Source of the DNA: an uncultured Candidatus Saccharibacteria bacterium
GTDB taxonomy: Bacteria > Patescibacteriota > Minisyncoccia > Phycocordibacterales > DATGWK01
Assembly: GCA_964428845.1 (NCBI GenBank)
Contig: CAYRZH010000002.1
Span: forward strand, 6,924-70,923
Length of the DNA stretch: 64,000 bases
Reading direction: 5' to 3'
The position numbers and the translations under genes are program-made. Below, one piece after another: positions 54,139 through 63,429 of the stretch. Below the pieces are notes generated by a model that was not told the DNA's origin, made no database searches, and was given only the letters and a program-made list of their open reading frames with translations. How positions within the stretch are numbered: position 1 is the first letter of the stretch; every line of letters begins with the position of its first letter.

Positions 54139-54621
54139 ATGTTTAATTTAGCCGTTATTGGTCTATATGTTGTTTCTGGCCTTGCCGGTGATGCTATGCC
54201 TGCCATGCCGATTCCAACTGAAACATCTGTAAACCAGATTCAATTGGAAGCAAGGAAACAGGACGAGTCTAAAGAAATCACAACCGAAGCCTACGTTAAA
54301 AATTATTTCTCTGACACCCCGATTCTTGCCGAGGTTGCAAGATGTGAATCCCAGTTTAGACAGACTGACAAAAGTGGTCGTGTCATCCGTGGGAAAGCCA
54401 ATCGTTACGACGTTGGTGTCATGCAGATTAATGAGCTATACCACTTAGATAAGTCTAAGAATCTTGGCTACGACATCTATACTACAGAAGGTAACCTTGC
54501 GTATGCTCGCTACCTTTATGAAAAGGAAGGAGCACGCCCATGGATGGCCTCTTCAGGATGTTGGGCAAAGTTTAGAGAAATAGCTTTAAGCAACGGAAGT
54601 AATTTCGATCACACTCTCTAA
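54139..54621 (+). CDS. secreted lytic-transglycosylase/lysozyme-like domain protein
   Basis: Signal peptide/TM, then ARCESQF...GVMQINE, which resembles the catalytic ES..GLMQ motif of SLT-domain enzymes. Confidence 0.5.
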   Translation: MFNLAVIGLYVVSGLAGDAMPAMPIPTETSVNQIQLEARKQDESKEITTEAYVKNYFSDTPILAEVARCESQFRQTDKSGRVIRGKANRYDVGVMQINELYHLDKSKNLGYDIYTTEGNLAYARYLYEKEGARPWMASSGCWAKFREIALSNGSNFDHTL

Positions 54622-54648
54622 AAAACTAGAAGCAACTAATTAAACTTA

Positions 54649-54675
54649 AAACCCCGCATGTGCGGGGTTTTAAGT
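54649..54675. terminator. bidirectional intrinsic terminator
   Basis: AAAACCCCGCA tgt GCGGGGTTTT. Confidence 0.7.
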
Positions 54676-54844
54676 TTGTAAAGAGAGTGATTTTTATAAG
54701 TATTTTTTTATACAATCAAGCAAAATAAACAGATTGACACTGGTGGGGAAGGGGAGTAAATTCAAATGCGGAATCGAACATTGAATTTATAAAAAGTAAT
54801 CAAAAATACACACCGGGCTCTTGCCCAGAAAGGTTGAGTGAGAA

Positions 54845-55918
54845 ATGACGATTGTGGCGAGATCCCAGGCCGTTCTCCCGGTAAATGCCGAAAGTTCAAA
54901 CGACCTCCTCATCTCTGAATTTGCCCGCTATTTGGGTAAGACCCAGAAAAGAAGTCCTCATACAGTGATCAATTATTGCCGTGATGTGAAATCATTGGCA
55001 GGTGTTCTTTCGGACGAATTTGGAGAGGATGCCAGGCTCGCAACCATGTCAGCCGATGAGCTGAATGTATGCCTCGGTATTTTCAGGAACAATCTGGGTT
55101 ACAAAACAAATACCGTAGCAAGGAAGGTCTGCGCCCTAAAGGCTTTCTTCAAGTGGTTTGCGGAACATAGAGATGATGGGGTAGAAACGGGCCCTGTCGG
55201 ATTCCTCTCTGCACTTCGCGCGAAGAGACACAGAGAAACAATTTCCAGATTTCTGACTCTTTCCCATGTAACCAAACTGATGCGGTTTGGTGTAAATACT
55301 GGAATTGTATGCAGGGCGCGAGATACCTTGGCGATAAGACTCTTCCTGTTTACAGGAATTAGCTGTCGTGAACTTGTTGCTATCAATCTGGGTGATTTCA
55401 CGTTGGAGCGGGACGCAATTACTCGTAGGGTGGTGAAGATCGTCAGTGTCAGAGTCGGCCAAGCTCACACAATCTCACTCGACAGGCCCGAAATTCAAGA
55501 AGCATTGGTCGGCTACCTTAATCTCGTTTACCCCAAGTTTTTAGGGCAACCGAGTGTTGGCAGTAGTCATAGCTCTCTTCGCTCTCTTCCTCTTATGGTC
55601 AGTGGTAAGAATAGCAAAGTGAGGATAAAGGGCAGGTCTATAAGGAGGAATCTCCAAAAAATCGGGCGCAAACTCGGCATTAGCCAATCAGGCGTAGAGC
55701 TTGGTCCGACATCTCTTAGGCATCGGTTCGTCATCGATCGTCTGAAAGACCGCACTCCTCGAGCCGCAATATCTCAACTACTGGGCAAGCGACACGCTCA
55801 CTGTATATGGTGGCTAAATCGACTGGCTGCCGACATCGTCAATGCCGGTGCCCTGCAGGACAGTTATGGGGAAGGGGAAGTGGCCAAGCCACAAAATCAC
55901 CCTAAGCAAGTAAAGTGA
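54845..55918 (+). CDS. tyrosine recombinase/phage-integrase-family protein (catalytic Tyr not at the canonical position), GC-rich
   Basis: SAM-like core-binding N-domain (FARYLGKTQKRSPHTVINYCRDVKSL), box I TGISCRE, and box II SLRHRF..LLGKRHA. The HxxxxxxxxxY spacing is absent; about 53% GC. Confidence 0.55.
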   Translation: MTIVARSQAVLPVNAESSNDLLISEFARYLGKTQKRSPHTVINYCRDVKSLAGVLSDEFGEDARLATMSADELNVCLGIFRNNLGYKTNTVARKVCALKAFFKWFAEHRDDGVETGPVGFLSALRAKRHRETISRFLTLSHVTKLMRFGVNTGIVCRARDTLAIRLFLFTGISCRELVAINLGDFTLERDAITRRVVKIVSVRVGQAHTISLDRPEIQEALVGYLNLVYPKFLGQPSVGSSHSSLRSLPLMVSGKNSKVRIKGRSIRRNLQKIGRKLGISQSGVELGPTSLRHRFVIDRLKDRTPRAAISQLLGKRHAHCIWWLNRLAADIVNAGALQDSYGEGEVAKPQNHPKQVK

Positions 55919-55934
55919 AAACCAATTTACCATC

Positions 55935-55960
55935 GGACCCTCCCAGTTGGGCGGGTTTTT
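55935..55960 (+). terminator. intrinsic terminator
   Basis: CCCTCCC agtt GGGCGGG followed by TTTTTT. Confidence 0.55.
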
Positions 55961-56172
55961 TCATAAATAAATTATTTTTTATTCGCTAAGAAGATCAGAT
56001 AACTCAAATCTCAACGTCTATCTTTTATGGTAAGGGAAGGGGTTTAGAGAGAGTATACAAACGTCGCACAATATATCTTTTGCGACACTACCTATATAAT
56101 AAACAAGGATTTTAAAAATACCACTTCCCCACTCGAAAAAAAGATTTTTTGAGCTTCTTCAGATTGATAAAT

Positions 56173-57174
56173 CTATTTAAATATTTTCTTTGCTCTCTCC
56201 CAGAATTCTGGATGACCATTTTCTTTCATCCAGTACCACCATTCTGCGCCCCACAGAAGTTGTTCGTCAAAACCGGCTCTTTTGGCAAACTCAATTGATT
56301 TATTAAACTTATCAATGTTCATGCGTTTGAGCTGGACATCGATTTCTGTATCGATAATAGGCTTAAGGAGCCACGGTTCAGCCGACAATTCACTCAATAT
56401 AATATTTTTTTGCCCATAAAACGATTTTACGAGGTTCTTTTTTAAGAGAAAGAAGGCTGGTGTAATTGGATACCTAAGTGGTCCCAATTTATGATTCCAA
56501 ATGTATAGGTATAGACTTGTCGCAAAAACGTCAGAATTTCTGTAAGCCTTGTACCAGAGACCAAGCTCGCCACTGTCGGTGAGCAGGATTTTTGTATCCG
56601 GGTCGATTTCTTTTACTAGACTGATTTCTTTCTTCAAAAATTCCTCGTTAGAAAAACTCCCGCAATGATTTTCTGCAAAAGAGGTCAAAAAAACTTCGTT
56701 TTCAACTTGCCAATATTTAATGCTTGGTCGATCTTTATAACGTTGCACTACCGCCGTTATATATTCGAGCACTTTGACCCTTTTCTCTTCGTCGTTGAGC
56801 CCAGAAACCCATTTGGGCTCGTGACACTCTGGCCAACCTGGCAGACGTCGCCCAATGGCAAGAATAATTGAGGAACCTCGCTTTTCGGCCTCATTTACCT
56901 GGAAATCTAAGTCTTTAAAGTTAAAAAGAGCTTCTTCTGGCTGAATATTGGGCCAATGGGCAGAAAGGCGTAGATATTTCACCTTCAGGTCATCCAATAT
57001 CGCTAAAAATGCCTCTTTCCAGTTGATTTTGAGTTCATCTGCGTGATATTTACTGAAAGATGCACCATAAGTGATTTTGTCGGGCGTTTCCTGCCAAAAA
57101 AACACAAATCCAAGGAAAATTAGGACAATTATCAAAATTACCGTTAGCCTGATTTTTGTAATTTTTTTTCTCAT
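56173..57174 (-). CDS. membrane-anchored TIM-barrel glycoside hydrolase-like protein (GH5/GH113-like)
   Basis: N-terminal TM helix; WQVENE-type catalytic acid motif. Confidence 0.5.
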   Translation of the reverse strand: MRKKITKIRLTVILIIVLIFLGFVFFWQETPDKITYGASFSKYHADELKINWKEAFLAILDDLKVKYLRLSAHWPNIQPEEALFNFKDLDFQVNEAEKRGSSIILAIGRRLPGWPECHEPKWVSGLNDEEKRVKVLEYITAVVQRYKDRPSIKYWQVENEVFLTSFAENHCGSFSNEEFLKKEISLVKEIDPDTKILLTDSGELGLWYKAYRNSDVFATSLYLYIWNHKLGPLRYPITPAFFLLKKNLVKSFYGQKNIILSELSAEPWLLKPIIDTEIDVQLKRMNIDKFNKSIEFAKRAGFDEQLLWGAEWWYWMKENGHPEFWERAKKIFK

Positions 57175-57178
57175 TGAT

Positions 57179-58066
57179 TCAGATAAACAAAACAAAGAAG
57201 CCTATAACAATAAGTAGAGTTGCTGCGGTTTTATGCAGGAATTCATGTTGGTGTTGTCTTCCTGAAAAATATTCTGGAAATTTTCTGCTCCATAACACAG
57301 CAAATAGAAATAGGAAAAGATATTGTAAAGCGGCCAAAGCATTGACGATCGATACGTCACCATATTTCAGAGCCAAAAGAATAAATATAAAAGCAATGCC
57401 GGCAAGTATCTTGTTACCTACCACCAGTTTCCTTTTGTACTTCGGGGATTGCCCGAAGTCATCTCTTATCAGTTTATAGACTCCTGGCCAAAGAAGGAGT
57501 AATAGAACAACAAATACGTTTGCCATTCGTGACCAGAAAAAACCATTTAAAAAGTCCTCATATCGAAAGAGCATCTTCATGGTTATGAGGGAAAAACCAA
57601 AAAAGAAACCCGAGCTCACAATGTAAAAAAATGATTTGTGGGTGAATTTGAAATGTGAAAACAAAGTCATTCCTAAGATTAAAATAAAAAAGCCGGCTAT
57701 AAAATGATTTGGTAGCTTCTCTCCAAGAGCGACACTGCTTAGGATAAATGTCGTTAGCGCAGCGGATCCCCCGACTACCGGCATCAATTCGGAAGGATCT
57801 GACCACAGAAATGATTCATAAAGAAAAAGTATTGAGACTACGAAAGCTACTGCTCCAAGCAATGAAAGAATAATGGTTTCTGGGGTGGGAATCTCAACTC
57901 CTCCAAGTGGCAAAAGTACGATGACAAAACCCGAAAGTAACCCTACATAAAAAGTGTAGACAATTGGTTTTGAGACAGTGCGAGTGGCGACGATTTGTCG
58001 ATCTATAAAAACCACTACGGCATTCAGAAATTGACCGATGATTACGAACAGTAGCCAGTTATACAT
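57179..58066 (-). CDS. polytopic membrane protein (~10 TM; DMT/EamA-like transporter candidate)
   Basis: Hydrophobic helices throughout; position between two glycoside hydrolase genes. Confidence 0.45.
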   Translation of the reverse strand: MYNWLLFVIIGQFLNAVVVFIDRQIVATRTVSKPIVYTFYVGLLSGFVIVLLPLGGVEIPTPETIILSLLGAVAFVVSILFLYESFLWSDPSELMPVVGGSAALTTFILSSVALGEKLPNHFIAGFFILILGMTLFSHFKFTHKSFFYIVSSGFFFGFSLITMKMLFRYEDFLNGFFWSRMANVFVVLLLLLWPGVYKLIRDDFGQSPKYKRKLVVGNKILAGIAFIFILLALKYGDVSIVNALAALQYLFLFLFAVLWSRKFPEYFSGRQHQHEFLHKTAATLLIVIGFFVLFI

Positions 58067-58074
58067 AACTTCTA

Positions 58075-59256
58075 TTATATCGGAAGAGTTCCGGTCTCGC
58101 AGATTTTCTTGTATACAAAGGCGGATTCCCTAACCTTTCTTCTCTGCGTAGTATAGTCCATCTCAAGCAAACCGAAACGTTTATTGAAACCCTCTGCCCA
58201 CTCATAGTTGTCCAGTAGAGACCAATAAAAATACCCGTGTACATTTACCCCCTCCCCCATCGCCTTGTGTATGAAAAATAAATGGTCGATGATGAAGCGC
58301 TCACGCTTTGTGTCACTACTATCTGCTATGCCATTTTCCGTTACATAAATCGGTTTGTTGTATCGTTTAAGTTCTTTGAGTACGTGATATATGCCTTCTG
58401 GATATATGTCCCAACCCATATCCGTTTTTTCGTACTCTATTTTTCTGCCGAAGGATCTGTGCATATAGTAGTTCAGGCCGATGAAGTCAGTCTTCCCAGA
58501 GAGTCGGTTGAGAAAATGTCTATTCCAGAACCAACTCATGAAAATAACAACTAGTTTGTAGATAGGATTTTGAGACGTGGAATGAAAGTACATATTATTC
58601 TTAACGATACCTACGGGGAAGTCATTTTTTATTATTTTTATTGCCTTATAAGCAGATAGATGACTTTTAGCTAAGTTGTTTAAAATCTTCAAATAAGTTA
58701 GGAAGGATTTCTTTTTAAACGGGGGCCACTTTCCTTGGATCCACCCGTTTCCGGCGAAAACCAGAGGCTCATTCATCGTCATAAAAAAAACTCCATCACA
58801 TTCTTCTCCTAGTTTCTTTACTACGTATTCGCAATATTTCGAAAAATACTTTGATATTTCAAAATTTTCAAAGCCGCCCTTAGCTGCTATCCACTCTGGT
58901 AAAGTGAAATGCCAAAGTGTCACGAAAGGAACTACCCCCCTACGTTTCAGGGCTCGTATTACATCTCTATAATGCTTTATCTCGTTCTCATCGAACTCAT
59001 TCTCTTTTGGTTCGATCCGTGACCATTCTATAGATAAACGGTGTGCTTTCTGGTTTAGCTTTTGAATGTTATCGAAATCCTCTTCATAGTGACCATAATG
59101 TTCGCACGCTCTCCCGCAAGCAGGCACTCTCCCCTCTTTTGCGGCTCTTGCCCAATCGTTGTTTTGAATCCCTCCTTCGACTTGGTAGGAAGCCGTGGCG
59201 CTACCCCACAGAAAACCTTTCGGAAATTCTATTTTGTCACTACTTTCCGTGCTCAT
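58075..59256 (-). CDS. GH1-family beta-glucosidase
   Basis: FLWGSATASYQVEGG N-terminus, MNEP acid/base and YVTENG nucleophile motifs. Confidence 0.9.
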   Translation of the reverse strand: MSTESSDKIEFPKGFLWGSATASYQVEGGIQNNDWARAAKEGRVPACGRACEHYGHYEEDFDNIQKLNQKAHRLSIEWSRIEPKENEFDENEIKHYRDVIRALKRRGVVPFVTLWHFTLPEWIAAKGGFENFEISKYFSKYCEYVVKKLGEECDGVFFMTMNEPLVFAGNGWIQGKWPPFKKKSFLTYLKILNNLAKSHLSAYKAIKIIKNDFPVGIVKNNMYFHSTSQNPIYKLVVIFMSWFWNRHFLNRLSGKTDFIGLNYYMHRSFGRKIEYEKTDMGWDIYPEGIYHVLKELKRYNKPIYVTENGIADSSDTKRERFIIDHLFFIHKAMGEGVNVHGYFYWSLLDNYEWAEGFNKRFGLLEMDYTTQRRKVRESAFVYKKICETGTLPI

Positions 59257-59407
59257 TCTATATTTTTAGTCAAGCAAACTCTCCCACCAGTTGAATGTTA
59301 AGTGTAGAAATAAATACAGTGGACCGTAAATCGGAAGCAGAAGGAAAAATAATAGGATTTTTAGACCTCTCATGTTTTAAATATTGGCGGCAGTATATCA
59401 TATCTAC

Positions 59408-59629
59408 CTATTTTTTAAACAGACCCGTTAGGAAATTCCAAATGAAATGAGCTGGCACGGAAAGATAATGTGTCCACAAAAAAATAGCTAGTCCTTTTAT
59501 GTAATCTACCCACTCTGAAATTTTCAAGGATTTCAAAAACTCTAAAATATTGAAATCAAATAGATATTTAAGAAGAACCAGAGCTATGATTATAAGTAAG
59601 ATTTTTTTGATAAATCCTTGGTTTCTCAT
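59408..59629 (-). CDS. hypothetical small membrane protein
   Basis: Two TM helices. Confidence 0.3.
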   Translation of the reverse strand: MRNQGFIKKILLIIIALVLLKYLFDFNILEFLKSLKISEWVDYIKGLAIFLWTHYLSVPAHFIWNFLTGLFKK

Positions 59630-59648
59630 GCCATCTATTATAGCAAAT

Positions 59649-60917
59649 TTAGAGGTATAAAAGAGGGTTCAAGTAAGCGCGAGTGTCAGCAACCGGCACC
59701 AGTGCTCCAGTACAATTTTTGCTCTGTCCTGTGGTAAACCTAACAATCCTGGTTCCCTGTGAAGCGTAGACACCGAAATGCAGGTGAGGTCCAGTAGAAT
59801 ACCCGGTGTTCCCACTGTATCCAATAATGTCGCCGACAGTCACCCTTTCACCATTATTTACTTTTATAAGGTCGAGGTGGGCGTAAAGTGTGGAGAGGCC
59901 GTTGTTGTGCTTGAGCAAAATCCATTTGCCGTACGAGTAACATCGAGGGACCAAGCTGGTATTGCCTGTTCCCTCAACAACCCCACTAGCCGCCGCTTTA
60001 ACTGGTGTGCCGCGGGGTGCTCTGAAGTCAACACCGTTATGCCCTTTTCCGCTGTAAGCGGCTGTTTTCGAAAACTCTGTATCGCCAAATTGTTGAGTGA
60101 CAAGAATATTGTCGAGAGGCCAGAAGAGGATACCTTTGCCGGAGCTCGGATAGCTCTTTGGGTCTATGATAAGTCGGAGTTGGTTTTCATATTCACTAAG
60201 TTCTCTTTCAAAAGCCTCACTTAGGCGCTTCTTCTCATCAAGAATCTTTCGATAGTTTGATTCTTTGCTTTTTGTCTCGGATAGTAAGACACTTTTTTCT
60301 TGCTTATTTATTTCAATGATTTTTTTCTTATCGCCGAGTTCATCATCAAGGGCGAGCAATATTTTCTTTTGTTTTTCGGTTTCTGCTTGTCGGTTTTCTA
60401 GTTCTCTTTTTTGATTCTGTAAATCCTTAACATAATCCCTTATGGCGGTTTGGATTTTTTCTATATTTTGGAAATCATCCCAAAGGACGTTGATACTGTC
60501 ATAAACCAATACGGTCTCTACCATCGAAGTATCGTCCTTCTGTTGTATATCTCTCAGAGTGTTTGCAACAACACCCATTTTTTGTTCTATACTTTGTTCG
60601 CTTTTCCCTATTTCAAAATCGAGCTCCCTTAGAGTAAGGGTAGCGTTGGATATTTTGTTTTGAGTAACTTGTAATTCTTTGTTTAGCTTGTCACGAGAGA
60701 TATCTAGAGATTTGACTGTAGCCTCAAGGCTCTTACTCTCTTTATTTACAATCTCGATCTGTTCCCCCAACTGTTTGATTTCCTTGTTTAGTATCTCGAT
60801 TTGGGCATTTTTTGTTTCAATATTTTTCTTTATTTCTGCTTCCGTTTGGGCAGAAGTGATGTGCGCGGAAAGTCCGAAACAAAAAAATATCCAAAAGAAG
60901 ACTTTTAATGCATTCAT
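59649..60917 (-). CDS. M23-family peptidase with N-terminal coiled-coil (EnvC/NlpD-like)
   Basis: Signal peptide, a long coiled-coil, and the M23 motifs HNGVDF and GYSTGPHLHF. Confidence 0.8.
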   Translation of the reverse strand: MNALKVFFWIFFCFGLSAHITSAQTEAEIKKNIETKNAQIEILNKEIKQLGEQIEIVNKESKSLEATVKSLDISRDKLNKELQVTQNKISNATLTLRELDFEIGKSEQSIEQKMGVVANTLRDIQQKDDTSMVETVLVYDSINVLWDDFQNIEKIQTAIRDYVKDLQNQKRELENRQAETEKQKKILLALDDELGDKKKIIEINKQEKSVLLSETKSKESNYRKILDEKKRLSEAFERELSEYENQLRLIIDPKSYPSSGKGILFWPLDNILVTQQFGDTEFSKTAAYSGKGHNGVDFRAPRGTPVKAAASGVVEGTGNTSLVPRCYSYGKWILLKHNNGLSTLYAHLDLIKVNNGERVTVGDIIGYSGNTGYSTGPHLHFGVYASQGTRIVRFTTGQSKNCTGALVPVADTRAYLNPLLYL

Positions 60918-62293
60918 AGGAAAAATCTCGCTGCTTTTTCTAATCTGGATATTGAATCCTTTTTTCCGAGAATTGAGATGACGGTAAAAGGGTCTGGAGA
61001 TTTCATTTTGCCGGTTAGAGCAAATCTCACTGGCCAGAGTACATTTCCCCTACCCTTTTCTGATGCATAGTTCCAAAGAAGTTCCTTTATGGATTCACTT
61101 TTAGAAAAAGTCTCTTCGCGAGCGCCCGAGAGCAATCGGATAGCCTCTCTTAGATGTGCCGCGGTCGTCGCCTCCGTTTTCTCTTCTTTCCATATCAAGT
61201 CTTCTTTTTTGTATGTTGGTTCTTCGAAAAAATAGTCCAATTCTCCAGCTTCAATCATCGAATCTATGTCGCTTAAAACATGTATTCGATCAAGAATAAC
61301 CGGAGTAATTTTTTCGACTAAAATTTTCGATATTTTCCAATGATTTTTCTTTACTAGTTCAGAATTTTTAATTCGGGCCTCTATTTCCTGTCCCAAAGTA
61401 TGTAAGGATTTCTTTTTTAAATATTCCCTATTGAGCCATCGGAGTTTCTCTTCATTGTATATCGCTCCGCTTTTTTGCACTTTGGATATGTCAAAAATTT
61501 TAACAAGTTCATCCAAGCTGAATATTTCCTGCTCGCCGCCAGGATTCCATCCCAAAAGAGCCATATAATTTAATAAGGTTTCGGGCATGTAACCCTGATC
61601 TCGATAATCCGTAAGTGCTCTAGCTCCTCTGCGTTTTGAGAGTTTCGATTTGTCGGGAGCTAGTATAAGAGGTAAATGGGCGTATATGGGTCTACGAGCG
61701 CCGATAGCTTCCCCTATAAGAATTTGTCTGGGCGTATTTGAAATATGCTCCTCGCCTCGGATGACATGAGTAACAGCCATCTCATGGTCATCTACTACAA
61801 CTGCAAAATGGTATAGTGGCTCGTTCAGACTCTTCGCTATCACAAAATCTCCAAGTTCGGTTGTGTCAAACTTTGTCTCCCCGCGGATTAGGTCGAAAAA
61901 GTTTATGGTGGTATTGGGATTTTTGAAACGTATGACCTCGCTCCTCTCCCCCTCTTTTAGGTTGGTCTCTTCTTCCTTAGAAACGTAAGCCTTCCCGCCG
62001 GCTATCAGTTTTTGGAGATATTTTATGTATATTTCCGTTCGCTCTGATTGTTTGTATGTCTCGTCGAATTTTAGGCCAAGCCACTCTAATCCATCCAAAA
62101 TATTTTTTTCATATTCGGGTTTTGATCGCTCTTTGTCTGTATCCTCGATTCTCAAAATTACCTTACCGCCTGCATGCCTCGCATAAAGGAAATTAAAGAG
62201 AGCAGTTCGAAAACCTCCGACGTGAAGTGTTCCCGTTGGGCTTGGGGCGAAACGCGTAACCACACTGTTATGATTTTCGTGTTTTTGTGTCAT
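60914..62293 (-). CDS. gltX: glutamyl-tRNA synthetase
   Basis: HVGG (HIGH) and KLSKR (KMSKS) motifs. Confidence 0.9.
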   Translation of the reverse strand: MTQKHENHNSVVTRFAPSPTGTLHVGGFRTALFNFLYARHAGGKVILRIEDTDKERSKPEYEKNILDGLEWLGLKFDETYKQSERTEIYIKYLQKLIAGGKAYVSKEEETNLKEGERSEVIRFKNPNTTINFFDLIRGETKFDTTELGDFVIAKSLNEPLYHFAVVVDDHEMAVTHVIRGEEHISNTPRQILIGEAIGARRPIYAHLPLILAPDKSKLSKRRGARALTDYRDQGYMPETLLNYMALLGWNPGGEQEIFSLDELVKIFDISKVQKSGAIYNEEKLRWLNREYLKKKSLHTLGQEIEARIKNSELVKKNHWKISKILVEKITPVILDRIHVLSDIDSMIEAGELDYFFEEPTYKKEDLIWKEEKTEATTAAHLREAIRLLSGAREETFSKSESIKELLWNYASEKGRGNVLWPVRFALTGKMKSPDPFTVISILGKKDSISRLEKAARFFL

Positions 62294-62296
62294 GTT

Positions 62297-63424
62297 CTAG
62301 AGTTCGTGTTTAAGGGCGATTGCTAGGATTTCCTTGGCGATAATGCGAGCCGAGTCTTTTTTTACAAAAGCGGCAGCTCCTTGTTTCATTGCCTCCCTTG
62401 TTTTGCCGTCTGTGGCTAAGCGTCTGATTTCAGAGGCGAGAATGTGTGAAGTAAGATTCGATTCCTCAATGACCACAGCTGCCCCGCTTCGAGCATAAGC
62501 ATAAGCGTTCTTCCTTTGGTGATCCCCATTTGTTTCCGTGATTGGGATAATTATGGCTGGTACACCCCAGGCCGCAATTTCAAAAATGGCAGAGCCGGCT
62601 CGGGAGATTATTATATCCGCAACGCCTGCGGCCATGCGAAGAGCAAGGACATTTAGATAATCAAAAGGTTTGTAACGACCTTTGTTCGGATCACCAGTAA
62701 GTACCGCTTCTACTCTGTTTTTTACATCCGAATAGTTTGCCTTGCCCGTCTGGTGAATAACCTGAAATTCTTTTAGAAGATCTGGCAGGATATCAACAAT
62801 AGTGTCGTTAATTATCTGGGCGCCAAGTGAACCTCCCAGGACGAGTATTGTCGGTACATCATTAGATAACTTTAGAAATTCATGAGCGCCGCTTTTTAGG
62901 GGTTCCAGAAGCTCTTTTCTTATTGGGTTTCCTGTGTATGCCACTTTCTCTGCAGGAAAGAATTCGGCCGCCTCCTCGTAGGAAACGGCGATCCTCTTGG
63001 CAAACCTTGCCGCCCAACGATTCACTCTTCCCGGCACGCTGTCTGACTCGTGGATGACAACAGGAATACCCAGTAGGCGGGCGGCAAAAAGAACCGGGAA
63101 GCTAGCATAGCCCCCTTTTCCAAAGACTACATCAGGAAAAATTGAAAAGACGTCCCAGGTTGACGTAATTATTCCCCAACCGGTTTTAAATAAATCAAAA
63201 AAATTTAAGATAGAAAAATAAAGTCTCAATTTTCCAGCCGAATTTTTCTTATAGATTATACCGTTATCAAAAAGAACCGCCGGATCATATGGAGTCGGAG
63301 CCATAAAATAGAGCTCTGGAGCGATGAGTCGATATTCTCTGGCGAGCGCATTGATTTCTTCAGCTACTGATACGATCGGGTAGAAATGACCCCCAGTTCC
63401 TCCTCCTGTAAACAGAATTTTCAT
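62297..63424 (-). CDS. murG: undecaprenyldiphospho-muramoylpentapeptide beta-N-acetylglucosaminyltransferase MurG
   Basis: MKILFTGGGTGGHFYP N-terminus; GT28 fold. Confidence 0.9.
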   Translation of the reverse strand: MKILFTGGGTGGHFYPIVSVAEEINALAREYRLIAPELYFMAPTPYDPAVLFDNGIIYKKNSAGKLRLYFSILNFFDLFKTGWGIITSTWDVFSIFPDVVFGKGGYASFPVLFAARLLGIPVVIHESDSVPGRVNRWAARFAKRIAVSYEEAAEFFPAEKVAYTGNPIRKELLEPLKSGAHEFLKLSNDVPTILVLGGSLGAQIINDTIVDILPDLLKEFQVIHQTGKANYSDVKNRVEAVLTGDPNKGRYKPFDYLNVLALRMAAGVADIIISRAGSAIFEIAAWGVPAIIIPITETNGDHQRKNAYAYARSGAAVVIEESNLTSHILASEIRRLATDGKTREAMKQGAAAFVKKDSARIIAKEILAIALKHEL

Positions 63425-63429
63425 ATTTG

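Noticed and set aside
55919-56170. att-site direct repeats flanking the integrase-like or lysozyme-like genes
   Set aside because: I looked for repeated 15-30-mers on both sides of 54139-55918 and found only terminator hairpins. No supporting repeats were seen by eye; a computational repeat search would be needed.
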